A stretch of 64,000 nt of DNA, taken from NCBI RefSeq assembly GCF_009914755.1, contig NC_060932.1; one strand, written 5' to 3'. A program made the translations under genes and the position numbers. The notes beneath the pieces are model-generated. The model did not search any database and was not told where the DNA came from. It worked only from the letters and a program-made list of their open reading frames with translations. This document shows, piece after piece, positions 41,830 to 56,148 of the stretch. This DNA comes from the human T2T-CHM13v2.0 reference genome, Homo sapiens. Numbering within the stretch: the first letter of the stretch is position 1; each line of letters opens with the position of its first letter.

Positions 41830-43119
41830 CTCCTGGAGGCATTGGAGATGGTTTCAGGTAGTCCCCAGATGTACTTCAAAAGTCTGTTAATATTAAATTA
41901 AGTAGGTTTATATCTGAGGGTAGGTATTATTGCTAGGAAGAAAAGCCATAAAGAAAGAAGTTTGTTGAGCAAAAATGAAAGAGAATAGAAGCTCATAATA
42001 TTATGTCATTAGGCAGTATTATATGGTAGTTATTAGAGTGGGAACTTGGGAGTCACACTGCTTGAGTTCAAATCCTGGCTCTCATAGTGACTAGCTGTGT
42101 TGTTTGTGGCGTGTTTCCTAACCTCACTGTGTCAGTTTTTATAATGGCACTTCTGCAAGGATGCTGTGGGAATTAACATGACATATAATGTGTTCTCAAT
42201 AAATGTAAGCGATTACTATTTCCGGGAATCTTTTAGCGAAGGAACAATTCATTACCTGTATATAGCCACAATTTGCTGAAAGCTTACTTTTGTGTCAGGA
42301 ACTGTACACGAAGGACCTAATTTTACTCATGAGGAAGCTAAAGCTTAGAAAGTTTCAGTGCCTTTACCAAGATTATAACACTAATTCTTGCTCCACTAGA
42401 ATTTAAATTCGAATTGATTGGGTTCCAAAGCCATGATACTAAGGATCAAAGACAAGGCTTGCAAGATTTAAGCCTCCTCTTGTATATTCTCTCTCAAGTT
42501 CCTGGCTCATAGCATGTACCAGCAAACTCATTAAAACTAAAACGGTCTGTTTGGGAGTGAAGGATGGGAGACATTGAGAGCAACAGCAGAAAGGGTTGGG
42601 GGAGTCTTGGGAAATGCAAGGGTGCTTAGGTTGGGACCCGTGGCAATGAATGGAAGGGCAAGGGAAACTGTCTAACCAGAACTTAAAAATGCCTCTTGGT
42701 GATTTACATGAAAAGTGGCCTCTCAAGTTTTTCTATTATTCAGTGCTTCTAAGATACTGTTGCACTGTAAACCACAAAATTAATCTTATGATTCTACAAT
42801 TTTACTTTCTAAATGATCACTTATTTGATGGTTTTTGAAGTACAGAAAGTATTTGGTCATTTAAATTATTTCCTTCCATGGACTCTGTATCACTGAGACA
42901 AGGAATCTTTGCCTTTATTGTAGATATTTCAATGAAAATGTCAACACGTTGCAAATTGGCATACTTTGGGTTTGCCAATATGTGATAAAGAACTTTTTCA
43001 ATGGAAACTTTCCCTCTTTTCAGGGCCGAAAAGACGCTCTGCAACTATACTTAAGTATCCTAGGCAACTTTATTCATTCAAAAACATCAGAGCGGAGTCA
43101 AAAGCACAAATCCATGAAT

Positions 43120-44400
43120 TGGGCGGCGAAGTCTGACTCCAGAGATTACGGCTGAACTGGGTTTGGAAAGACTGAACCCGCGCCGGTGCTCCTCCTGTTT
43201 GCTTGGACTTAAGTTTGAGTACCACAACTCTAACCTGCCACTTCAGCTGCACGGGCAGGCTTGTGGGGACCCAGCAACTCCGTCCAGAGAGCGGCTGAGT
43301 CAGCCAGCCGTCCCCACGGCTTTGGGCAGCCGCCGAAGGCTCCTGCTAGGCCCGGCTGGCTCACCGGGAAGTTCCCTGCCTCCGTCCCGTCAGCCTCCAG
43401 GAGGGCGCCGCCGGCCGCCGTGACTTCAGCAAGGCACTACTATCTCCGTCAGCCGCCGCCTCGGCCATCTTCCTGCCCGGAGTGCAACAAAATCCGGCTC
43501 TGGCCAGCCTTCCAGCTGACGCCACTCTGCCAGGGCCCTGCAGCCTCGGAGCGGGATAGAAGGAAGCCGCAGAAAAGACGCTGAAAGTTGGCGCTCGCTG
43601 ACGCCCCGACGCGCTCCCTCCATGACGCATGCGCCCACCGGCCGTGAGCGCGGGTCCGGTCTCCGGTGACGTGGCGGTGAGGAGGCGGAGCCAAGATCAG
43701 CGGCGGGAGGGTGGGGGAGGAAGAGCGAGGTGAGCGCGGACGTCAGAGTGGAGAGCGGAAGGTCAGGGAGGCTCGGAGCGGAAGTGAGACTAGGGAGTCT
43801 GTCCGCCATTGTGGACCCGAGAAGCAGAGAGCGAGAGGGGGAAGAGGAGCGTGCAAGCGGAAAAGACGGGCCTCTTCCTCCGACTCCCGAGCGCGAGGCC
43901 CTCATTTTGGGTTCTCAGCGAACGGCGGCAGCGGCGGCGGCTGGAACAATCACTCGGCCAAGGGCGACAGCCAACTGCTGTGAGTGCACGGGGAGAGGCC
44001 CAGGCAGCGGCGGCGGCGGCGGCTCTCGGGTTGCGGTGAAGAATGTCAGCCACTAGCGTGGATCAGGTGAGGGAGCAGAGGCCCCAGGCTTGGCGAAGGC
44101 CCGAGCCCCGGAGCTCCACCCTCGCGCGGGGCTTCGGCTCCTCCCCGTCGCCGCCGCTGCCGGCCCCATAACGGTGCCCCGGGCGCAAGTTGCTGCGGTG
44201 TAGCTACCCGGGCCGGGGCGTGCGCCCTGGCCCCGTAGCTTGCGGGCGGGCGGGCGCGGTGCCGCGGCGGGTGGGGGCAAGGACCGGTCTTAGGGGCCTT
44301 AGGACAGATCCTGAGGGCGGCAGACATGGGGCGGAGACCGGGCGAGCTCTGGGAGACGGATTCCGAGTGGCGGGTGGGAGGTTTAAAGGCTGGGGGTGGT
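43120..44400. promoter_or_regulatory. CpG island / YTHDF3 promoter, probably bidirectional (divergent lncRNA YTHDF3-DT/AS1 recalled here)
   Basis: Very GC- and CpG-rich. NRF1-like ACGCATGCGC at 43625-43634, CRE/ATF-like TGACGTGG at 43667, ETS GCGGAAGTG at 43778, YY1-like CCGCCATT at 43803. No TATA box seen. Confidence 0.9.
44043..44066 (+). CDS. YTHDF3: YTHDF3 coding exon 1 (MSATSVDQ)
   Basis: ATG TCA GCC ACT AGC GTG GAT CAG followed by donor gtgagg at 44067. Lies in the CpG island, with an in-frame TGA at 44037. Matches the YTHDF3 N-terminus. Confidence 0.96.
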
Positions 44401-44551
44401 TGGGAAATTGGTGGCTGTGGAGGATATGGTGGGTTTTTACTCCTACGCGGATAGTCTAAAATAACTTGTCTTTGATAATGCCTTTGATTAACACACTTTT
44501 TCTTTTCTTCCTTTTTCTCCTCTTTACCGCATCTTTCGTCTTGCAACACAG

Positions 44552-44576
44552 AGACCTAAAGGGCAAGGAAATAAAG
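44552..44576 (+). CDS. YTHDF3: YTHDF3 coding exon 2, 25-nt micro-exon (RPKGQGNK+G)
   Basis: Long polypyrimidine tract and cag acceptor at 44549-44551. Donor gtgagt at 44577. Frame continues from exon 1. Confidence 0.95.
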
Positions 44577-47500
44577 GTGAGTTTGGATTTTTTTTTTTCT
44601 TATTGCTCAATGTTGCCTTAATGTTACTTTTAAACTCTGTGAGGGTATTTTGTTTGTTTTTGCTCCCTCTTGGGAAAAAATGTAGGATTAGGGAAAATAT
44701 TCATCATGGCTAAGGTAGCCAAGTTCTATCCAGAACTTCGGTAGTTCGTTGCTTTGAAGCCACTTTATAGAAACCAAAGTAGTACGAGAAACAGTTTCCT
44801 TGTCAGTTAAGCAGGTATTGGTGTGAACCTGGTGGTATTTCTTTGGTTTTCCAGTTTTTCTGTGTTATGTAACTTATGCCACAAAAAATTTCTACATGTG
44901 TATATAGACAAGTATATTCTTAAAGTGGACATTTTGTTTGACATGTCTGGATTACACTGGAAAATGGAAGTCTACATAGTATTCCATCACATTAATGAAA
45001 ATTGTACTGTTAATCACTGATTCTATTGAAGTCAGTTGTAATGAGGCAACAACATGAGAGAGGTTAGAACTGAGTAGGCATGCCATCTTGCTCTATTGTT
45101 CTGATTGCAAGGTGTGACTCTATCTGGTATTTTATAAAGGGCTGAGAAGAAAATAGTTTGTGACATTTTTTCCAGGATTTTATAATTTTCTCTTTAGTAA
45201 AAGTACCATTGAAAGTAAAGTGTTTTTTTAAAAAGTGTGTTTTGTATTAATATGGAACAGTGCAGTCAGCTGACTGAAACATTATGACATTAGTCATGTG
45301 ACATTTAGTTAAGTATAGAACAATAACTGCTTTCTTGGGATAGTGCCAATTAAATAACATCAGAGCAAATTATATATAACATTTTGTAGTGCTTGAAATT
45401 ACACTAAAATTATGCTTTCTGTTGATTTCAGTAACACAGTGTTAGAAATTAAGATCTATAATAGCCTTTTAGATATAGATTGTCTTTGGTGCCCTTTAAA
45501 TTCTTGTTAGGGTATTTATTTGCTATTGCAAATTTGGTGAATTTAATAGGTTTTGGATATGTAGATTAGTTTCCTCTGAATTATGGAATTTGTACATACC
45601 AGTTACATGGCACCATATTAGGTAACATTTTGTTTGTTTTCATTAAAGATGTTTTCTTGCAGTATGTAAATATTTAGACATTTTAATTTTTAAAATTTCA
45701 TTTCTAGAATTTTTTTTGTTGTAAGCATAAACCTGAAATAAAAATTGGATATTGATTTATTTTAAATGAGTTTTTAAAAATTTGTGAATTTTAAAAAGAA
45801 TGATCCATTAATTTCTTCTTTTGCTAGTCTACCCATTAGGAACTATGTAGACTTGGAGATTGTGAAATTGTGGTCATTATTGCCTAGCATAAATTATTTT
45901 ATCCTAGATCTGTGGGGAGGTGGCACTTTGCAAAGCTATTTGAAATGCTAAGTGTTTTATGTTACCCGCTTTAAGGTAAGTACACAAGTTCTATGAGGTA
46001 CTTGTTTGTTAAAACAAAATAGAGCCTCTACAGCACTGTAAGTCAGTAAAATAAGTTTGATTTATGAGTGGTCATTTCACTTAGGTAGGCACTGGTGGCA
46101 TCTTTGATATTAGATATGAGTTGAGTTATCTATAAACTGCATAATACATCCACTGTTTGCAAATAAGTATTTTTTGGTTATTTCAAAAATTTTTATCCAT
46201 CAGTATCGCTTCTGTTAGTTGTATTCAGACACATACACAAAGTGTTTATTTTGATAGTTCTTTATTCTCAAGAAATTTTCTTTCTTTCCCCCTTGTTGTT
46301 CAGTTTAATAATTTCATCTAAGGTTAGAATAATGGATTGGGATTCCTTGGAGTCCTGAGTTCTAATACTGCCTTTGGCTACTGACTTGCCAAGTGAGCTT
46401 GAAAACATTTTACCTGTCTGTCAGAATCTCCCCTCTATAAAATAAAAATAACTCTAGTCATAATTCCCATAATTCCTATAGTATGTTGTTAGGATTCTTG
46501 TAATTACAGTAGTTCACTGCTCTAGTAGCAATTATATTTGCTGGATTTCTTTTCACTTTCCTCACTTAATCTATTTTTAAGGTGCAGGAAGACTCCTTTG
46601 CATGGAGCCTTGGCAGGAGGGGAAAAATGCTACTGGCCTGAAAGTATTGCTAATTATTTAAGTTTCTTAAAAATGGCAGATGCTACAAGTGCACAAATAA
46701 CAAATATACGTTACTTGTATTTTTATGACTGCAGGGAGAATTACAAGGCAAAGGCAACACTACCAGTGAACCTGATATAAGTAGCTATGTGTGTATTTGA
46801 GAAAAGCTTTTCTGCCTTAGCTTGTTCCCAGCTCGTAAAATTGTTTTACAATTCTGTTTACTTTCATGAAGTTATTTTTCTTGAACTGCAACCTCAGTAT
46901 TCTAAATATGAGTAATCTTGAATTCTGAACTTAGCAAGCTTATGAAAAATAGTATGTCCTTGAGAAGTTGGTGTCAGTTAAAGTTTTGAACACGTAATCC
47001 TTTTCAGTCAACTTACTATAATTTCAGAGATCCTGTTTCTTTTCTGAATTGTCTTTAGTTGACAGCTTTAGCCTAACACCTAGTTTTAGTGTCTTTGATT
47101 TTCTATATATCCTTAATTACTTAATTCATTACAGAAGCCAAAAGGAATTCTAAATAATTGTCTTTGATATGGCAAAAATGTTTTTTGTAGAATAAGTAAT
47201 AATTCAAGGTTTACTTGTTTTATAAGTTTGAATTCTTTTTTAATTAAGTCTGTCCCTGTGTTAAATATCAGAACTCTTTATTATCCTTGGCAAGAGTAGT
47301 ACCAAAGGATAGTAGAAATTTAAGGATAATTATTTGCCTATTGGTTCATAATTTAACACTTCGTATTTTATTTTTTTATTAAGTAGAATTTTTGCTTATT
47401 GGAATAAAGGTGTGCAGTACTTTTATTTGGGAGTACTATGGTTGGAAGTGTCAGATGCCATACTTACAGTCTTAGGCCTTACTGCCTCCTTTCTCCTCTA

Positions 47501-47699
47501 AGTTTATAAATAGCAAATTCATGGAACAGGATTTATCTTTTTCCTCCTCTCCGCTCTCTTCCAACGGAGAGACGTATGCATTGTTTTATACAACTGTAAT
47601 TTAAAATAATTAGGTTAAATTTGGCTAAGTTTTAATTTTCGAAAAGTAGTGGAAAATGCCTTATATTTTGGCAATATTCTGTTGTATTCTCTCCTCGTC

Positions 47700-47920
47700 C
47701 TCCCGAGAAATGATTTCAAAGCACTTTACTATCATTATTTTAGGCTTCATTTTATCAATCCTCACAACATCCTTGTAAGGAGATAGCGGGTATATGGTAT
47801 TGTCGCTGTTTTTGTAGGTGGGGAAACATGATGCACAGATCTGTTGACTTTCCTAACTTGATGTAGTCAGGACCAGAGCAAAGAATCACCTGGCTCCTAA
47901 GGCCCATGTTCTATCTTGAT
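47700..47920 (+). mobile_element. MIR-family SINE (donor of the alternative exon)
   Basis: aatcctcacaacatccttgtaagg...ttttgtaggtggggaaacatgatgcacaga resembles the MIR core aatcctcacaacaaccctgtgagg...ttttacagatgaggaaactgaggcacaga. Confidence 0.65.
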
Positions 47921-47963
47921 TTGACTCTGTTTCATAGAGCAGAGGAAACAGGCGAAGAATCAT
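47818..47963 (+). CDS. YTHDF3: Candidate alternative YTHDF3 exon (MIR-derived) with its own ATG at 47906: MFYLDLTLFHRAEETGEES(F)
   Basis: ttttgtag acceptor (47817) and gtaagt donor (47964). From ATG to donor is 58 nt (phase 1), joining exon 3 in frame (T+TT=Phe). Confidence 0.65.
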
Positions 47964-50495
47964 GTAAGTCATCTGTTCTTTTTACCCCTGAAGAAATTTT
48001 ACAGACTATGGAACTAGCTTGGATTTCATTTCTATTTAATGGTTTTCAGACTCCAAGACATTAGCTTGTCATTAAGTAAATATTCAAAAACGAAAGTCTT
48101 TAAGATAGTTTTCTTTAAGATACACTTCCAAAACTTAAGGGCTAGTTTAATGCAAATTGCTTCTCGGTATATGTGAAGTACTTTTAATTAAACATTTTTT
48201 AAAGTAGATTGACTTTTTGTACTATATTTTAAGACTTTATAGACATTTATGCATCATTTAAAAATGACCGTAGACTGTATTTATAATAGTATATGGGTTG
48301 TTCTCAGGCCTAGCCTCTTAGAAGAGAAATAATAGAACAAAAAAAATAAGAATAACAGGATTATATTTATATATATATACAGATAAATTTTAAGTAAGTA
48401 CTTTTTCCTTTTTTTTTTTTTAAATAGAGGCAGAGTCTCACTCTGTACCCCAGGCTGGAGTGCAGTGGCATAATCATAGCTCAGTGTAACCTGGAATGCC
48501 TTGGCTCAAGTGATCCTCCTTAGACTCCTGAGTAACTAGGACTATAGGCACATGCCACCACTCCTGGCTAATTTCTAAACATTTTTCGTAAAGGTGGGAT
48601 CTTGCTGTGTTGCCCAGGCTGGTCTTGAGCTCCTGGCCTGGCACTTTTTGTATTTGTATGAACTAGATTTTCGAGAACCTAGTGGATATGAGAGATAGTT
48701 AGTCATAATTTTTAAGTTGTTAGCTGTTTCAAATACTGACTAACATGTATGAGTGTAATAGTGAAGAATTTTTTTTCAAGAAGTAATAGACCATGCATAC
48801 TTACCTTTGATTTAGGAGCAGTAAAGCCAGTGTCAGAGGAGAACAGGTATGTCAGAATCTCTTGGACTGAAATGAATAACCCAGCCTTATAATGGCACTA
48901 GAAGTAACCTAAGGCACCCTCTTTATTTTGGTTTCTAGTGGCTATTACATATTTAAATTCCATGGAGCATATTTAGCTCAATCCTAGTTCTGATGCAGTC
49001 CTTATCAGACATAGTTAAATTATGTTAGTGGAGCCAGGATCAAGTTGACCTTCAGGTTGCTTCTTGTGGCCTCTGAGGGGCAGTGTGGTGTAGTAAGAAG
49101 TCTACTTTGAATGCTTTACACAGTAACATCATATCTTTGATCTTTGCCACTCATTGGATGGCAAAGATTTAAGGGATTTTGTATATCTTTGCTCCCAAGC
49201 CACTGTTAACTCATAATATTACATTTTAGGTGCTCTACACTCATGGGAAAATTTAAGGATAATAAAAATGTTATATTACAGAGGAATACGCAATTTAAAC
49301 CCGTCACCCTCCTAACTTCATAAAATTTGGTGATGTTGTACCTTTGAGCAGTAAATCTTTAGATACTGAGTTCTTTTTGTTTCTAATTTGTAGACATCCA
49401 TCGGAAACTTTCAACTTTATCTTCACTAGTATAGAATAGTATATTTACATAGTGCCACCTCATCAAGTATTAGCTTAGTAACACTTCTGTTTAAATGGTT
49501 CTAAAGTCATATTAGTCCTATTTGGATCTTGTAATATTTAATGTGATTACATTTAAGATTATTGAACACTGTCATTTAATAATCAGATGAGATGAGGTAG
49601 GTACTATTCATACATAACCTTCTGAAACAGCGAACAGTCAAAGGTTAGAGAGTTTAAATCCCTAACTGGAGATCATCTCCTCAGTGCTGGACTTGAGATT
49701 CAAATTCGGGACCTTACTTCTGAGTCTGCTCAAAAGCACTCTGAAACAGCATCCAGAGAATAACAACTTTAGAGTGTTTATGGAGATGACCTTTGAACAA
49801 AATTATTCTCTGACTTGTTTCTCATGTATTGCAAGGATAATTATGGCTATCTTTTGTGTCTTAATTTTGTTTGTAGTTTCATGTGAAAGTCTTCATTCTG
49901 GGGGGCTTAGAATTAAAGCCCTCTTTATTTAGATATTTCATAATTATAAGTCTATTCATTGTGATATTGTTTCAAGTTAATTTTAGCCTAAACTTTACTG
50001 GAGACATTTAAGACATTTACTATAACAAATTAGATCGAAAATAGTTATTTCATTCTTTATTATACTAAATAATTTAGAGATTTAAACAAAGGTAGAGAAC
50101 ATTCAGAAATCTTTTTTATTGCCTACAACGCTACTTGAAATAGTTATTTTACATTCAAATATAGCATTAGGGAACTCTTTCCAACATTCTTATGTAACAA
50201 TTTACTCACTACAGTGTTGAGATTGGGATATTTACTTAAAGTTTTTGGTAAGGGGAAGTGTATATATGGCTTGTGTTTATGTAATCTTGGGCTTATGTAT
50301 CAAAAGACTTTTAAGTTTTTGTGGCACATGAATATTTGTATCTAAAATAGTTTATCCTTAAGAGGGTTCTTAAAAATAACTCAGTATTATTTTTTCTGAT
50401 TACTTTTTTTGGCTTGAAAAATATTAAAAACATTAGGTTGTGCTGCGAGTTTCATAAAGATAACTACAACACTTCTAATACAAACATTTTTTTAG

Positions 50496-50581
50496 TTTCA
50501 GTACAAAACGGTTCGATTCATCAAAAAGATGCTGTAAATGATGATGATTTTGAGCCATACTTAAGTAGCCAGACAAATCAG
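50496..50581 (+). CDS. YTHDF3: YTHDF3 coding exon 3 ((V)[28 protein letters not shown])
   Basis: tttttag acceptor and gtaagt donor at 50582. 86 nt, so exons 1-3 total 135 nt = 45 codons. Confidence 0.96.
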
Positions 50582-51444
50582 GTAAGTCTTCTGACAGTTT
50601 CAGATTTTAGGAAATTAACCTTTTATTAGTATTAGTTGATTTTTCAAATAGATTATTTAATGAGATTAACCATAACATGGATTCATTCATCTAGTGTACC
50701 TATATAGTAAGTGAGTAGTGAGTAGCAGTTGCAGATTTATGGCACAGGAGAGTTCTTCTTCAGAAAGTATAGGCACCAGAAACTAGGTTATGAAATATAG
50801 AATAAAGATTTGAAGGTGACCATTATTTGTATATATTATGGTTAGGTTTTTTGTGTGTGTGTATTGAAGGAACTTAATCTTTTAATGTCACTGCTATATC
50901 TTCATAGCTTAAGCTAATTATAAAAGGCTTAATTAGCTAGAAATTTGGGTATTTGGAGGAGGGATTAGTTACCTGAAATTGCCTGCAATTTTGGGTCAAA
51001 TGTAGTGTTTTCTTTTTTTAAGACATTGCAGATTGAATTCATTGATAACTATTGAAAATTTTAACATACCTTGGTAATGTCGGTGATAGAATTAAGGAGT
51101 TTATAAACATACTTGCTTTATAAACACAGTTACTTCTGTATTGTAGACATGGACAGTTTTATCAAATCAAGTAATTGGTAACTGGTGGCTTTGAGTATTT
51201 GTGTACAAGCGTAATTCCAATTTAAACATTGAAGAACAATGCTATTAGGTATCTGTATGCCATTTCTGCATCCATTTCTGTCTGTTACTAAAAATAAGCC
51301 ACTGATAGAAATAAATGAAAAAATACATTTTCAGTATTCACCAGTTTTTTTAGAGAGAACATTGTGGAATGAAACTGTTTGTTTTGCTTTAAAAAAGCAA
51401 AAAATGCTCAAGAACTTTGGGTCTTAAAATTAGTTCTGTAGTTC

Positions 51445-53247
<1,803 letters not shown>

Positions 53248-54390
53248 TAGTGGACTGTAAAAGACAGTTTTGGAATTGCTACCTGAGTAATCTTCTTGCA
53301 TGTTTTGCTTGATAACAGATATTTTACAATTCTTTATTATTTGTCACAAGGACATAGAAGGGTTTCTACTGGAGGAAAAATTTTTGTCAGGAGGATTTCT
53401 GGTATTCCATAGAGGCACCTTAGTGTCTTCCTAGGGAAAACCAGCGGAGGGTGCCTGAATCCCACCAGTGTAGCAACTAGCACTGTGGTTTGCGTTTTAT
53501 CTGTTCTATATATTGGAATTGTGCATAAGACTTTACTTGTAAAAAAAAAAATAGTTTTAAAAAGTGTTTGGGAAACCATTACTTTTTAAAAGATGTAAAG
53601 GCATTTACCTTAGTGAACCCAAATGAATTTTTTCAGCTGCATCATTGCAGGTTATGTTGGAGCAAAACATTTGTAAAATAGATTTGTTTTAACTCATGAT
53701 ATTTGGAATCAACATATTTGTATCCTGTTTGAAGAGAAGTTGTAAAGTTTGATTCCAGTAAGGCCTGTTCTACCTCTCCTTTGTGGTACTAAATAGATTT
53801 TCAGCAGTCATCTTTCTTTAATATTAAAAATAATTATCTCTAACAAGATACATATTTACATTTTAAAGAGGATTAATACTGTAGAATGTTGAAAACTGGG
53901 TTTATTGAAAATTATCTGGAATCTTAAAGGTAAGTCGTATGAGAATTTAAGTACTCTCAATTATCTAGCTAGAAAATTAAATAAAATGTTTGGACCTTTT
54001 AAATAGTGCTATTATAACAGATTAGTGAAAACTGGATTTATTGATGAAAGATCTCAAGAAGATACTGGCAAATTTAGAGTTACACAACTATTTAATTAGG
54101 TCCTCATACACTGTACACAGTGTGTTTTAAAAATTAAATTCATTTATCTGATTTTAAAATTATAAATAAAAAATATTTTGATGGAAAAGTGTTTAACAAG
54201 TCTTTTGCTAATGATTTAAATTGCTTTGTATACTTAGATCTAGTTCATATCAAACCCAAGGGTACTTTAAAACAAGTTGTTGGCCTTTCTACTTATGTGG
54301 CAGCATATTTCTTCTATTTTGTAGTGTTCAGTTTCTGAAGGAATAATGTTCATAGTAATTTTGAAAGTAAATGTCAGTCCTTCATTTCTT

Positions 54391-56148
54391 TTTTTTTTTT
54401 TTATTGATCATTCTTGGGTGTTTCTCGCAGAGGGGGATTTGGCAGGGTCACAGGACAATAGTGCAGGGAAGGTCAGCAGATAAACAAGTGAACAAAGGTC
54501 TCTGGTTTTCCTAGGCAGAGGACCCTGCGGCCTTCCGCAGTGTTTGTGTCCCTGGGTGCTTGAGATTAGGGAGTGGTGATGACTCTTAAGGAGCATGCTG
54601 CCTTCAAGCATCTGTTTAACAAAGCACATCTTGCACCGCTCTTAATCCATTCAACCCTGAGTGGATACAGCACATGTTTCAGAGAGCACAGGGTTGGGGG
54701 TAAGGTCACAGATCAACAGGATCCCAAGGCAGAAGAATTTTTCTTAGTACAGAACAAAATGAAAAGTCTCCCATGTCTACCTCTTTCTACACAGACACGG
54801 CAACCATCCGATTTCTCAATCTTTTCCCCACCCCTCCCCCCTTTCTATTCCACAAAACCGCCATCGCCATCATGGCCCGTTCTCAATGAGCCGCTGGGTA
54901 CACCTCCCAGATGGGGTGGTGGCCGGGCAGAGGGGCTCCTCACTTCCCAGTAGGGGCGGCCGGGCAGAGGTGCCCCTCACCTCCCGGACGGGGCGGCTGG
55001 CCGGGTGGGGGGCTGACCCTCCCACCTCCCCCCGGATGGGGTGGCCGGCCAGGCAGAGGGGCTCCTCACTTCCCAGTAGGGGCGGCCGGGCAGAGGCACC
55101 CCTCACCTCCCGGACGGGGCGGCTGGCCGGGCGGGGGGCTGATCCCCCCACCTCCCTCCCGGATGGGGCGGCTGGCCGGGCGGGGGGCTGATCCCCCCAT
55201 CTCCCTCCCGGACGGGGCGGCTGGCTGGGCGGGGGGCTGACCCCCCCCACCTCCCTCCCGGACGAGGTGGCTGCTGGGCGGAGATGCTCCTCACTTCTCA
55301 GATGGGGTGGCTGCTGGGCGGAGGGGCTCCTCACTTCTCAGACGGGGCGGCTTCCGGGCGGAGGGGCGCCTCACTTCTCAGACGGGGCGGTTGCCAGGCA
55401 GAGGGTTTCCTCACTTCTCAGACGGGGCGGCCGGGCAGAGATGCTCCTCACATCCCGGACGGGGCGGCAGGGCAGAGGTGCTCCCCACATCTCAGACGAT
55501 GGGCGGCTGGGCAGAGACGCTCCCCACATCTCAGACGATGGGCGGCTGGGCAGAGACGCTCCTCACTTCCCAGATGGGATGGCGGCCGGGAAGAGGCGCT
55601 CCTCACTTCCTAGATGAGATGGCGGCCGGGCAGAGACGCTCCTCACTTTCCAGACTGGGCAGCCAGGCAGAGGGGCTCCTCACATCCCAGACGATGGGCG
55701 GCCGGGCAGAGACGCTCCTCACTTCCCAGACGGGGTGGCGGCTGGGCAGAGGCTGCAATCTCGGCACTTTGGGAGGCCAAGGCAGGCTGCTGGGAGGTGG
55801 AGGTTGTAGCGAGCCGAGATCACGCCACTGCACTCCAGCCTGGGCACCATTGAGCACTGAGTGAACCAGACTCCGTCTGCAATCCTGGCACCTCGGGAGG
55901 CCGAGGCTGGCGGATCACTCGCGGTTAGGAGCTGGAGACCAGCCCGGCCAACACAGCGAAACCCCGTCTACACCAAAAAAATACGAAAACCAGTCAGGCG
56001 TGGCGGCAAGCGCCTGCAATCGCAGGCACTCGGCAGGCTGAGGCAGGAGAATCAGGCAGGGAGGTTGCAGTGAGCCGAGATGGCAGCAGTACCGTCCAGC
56101 TTCGGCTCGGCATCAGAGGGAGACCGTGGAAAGAGGGAGAGGGAGAGG
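54391..56148 (-). mobile_element. SVA retrotransposon, antisense in YTHDF3 intron 3
   Basis: Poly-T, SINE-R end (CAAGAATGATCAATAAA on minus), GC-rich VNTR at ~54910-55740, Alu-like part, and ~3 CCCTCT hexamers. Perfect 14-bp TSD gtccttcatttctt (54377-54390, 56149-56162) at a TTTT/AA L1-endonuclease site. Confidence 0.97.

Noticed and set aside
43163-44549. ORFs on both strands of the CpG island
   Set aside because: Expected in stop-poor GC-rich DNA, with no recognisable domains.
54408-56073. Many overlapping 100-185 aa ORFs
   Set aside because: They are by-products of the GC-rich SVA VNTR and Alu-like region.
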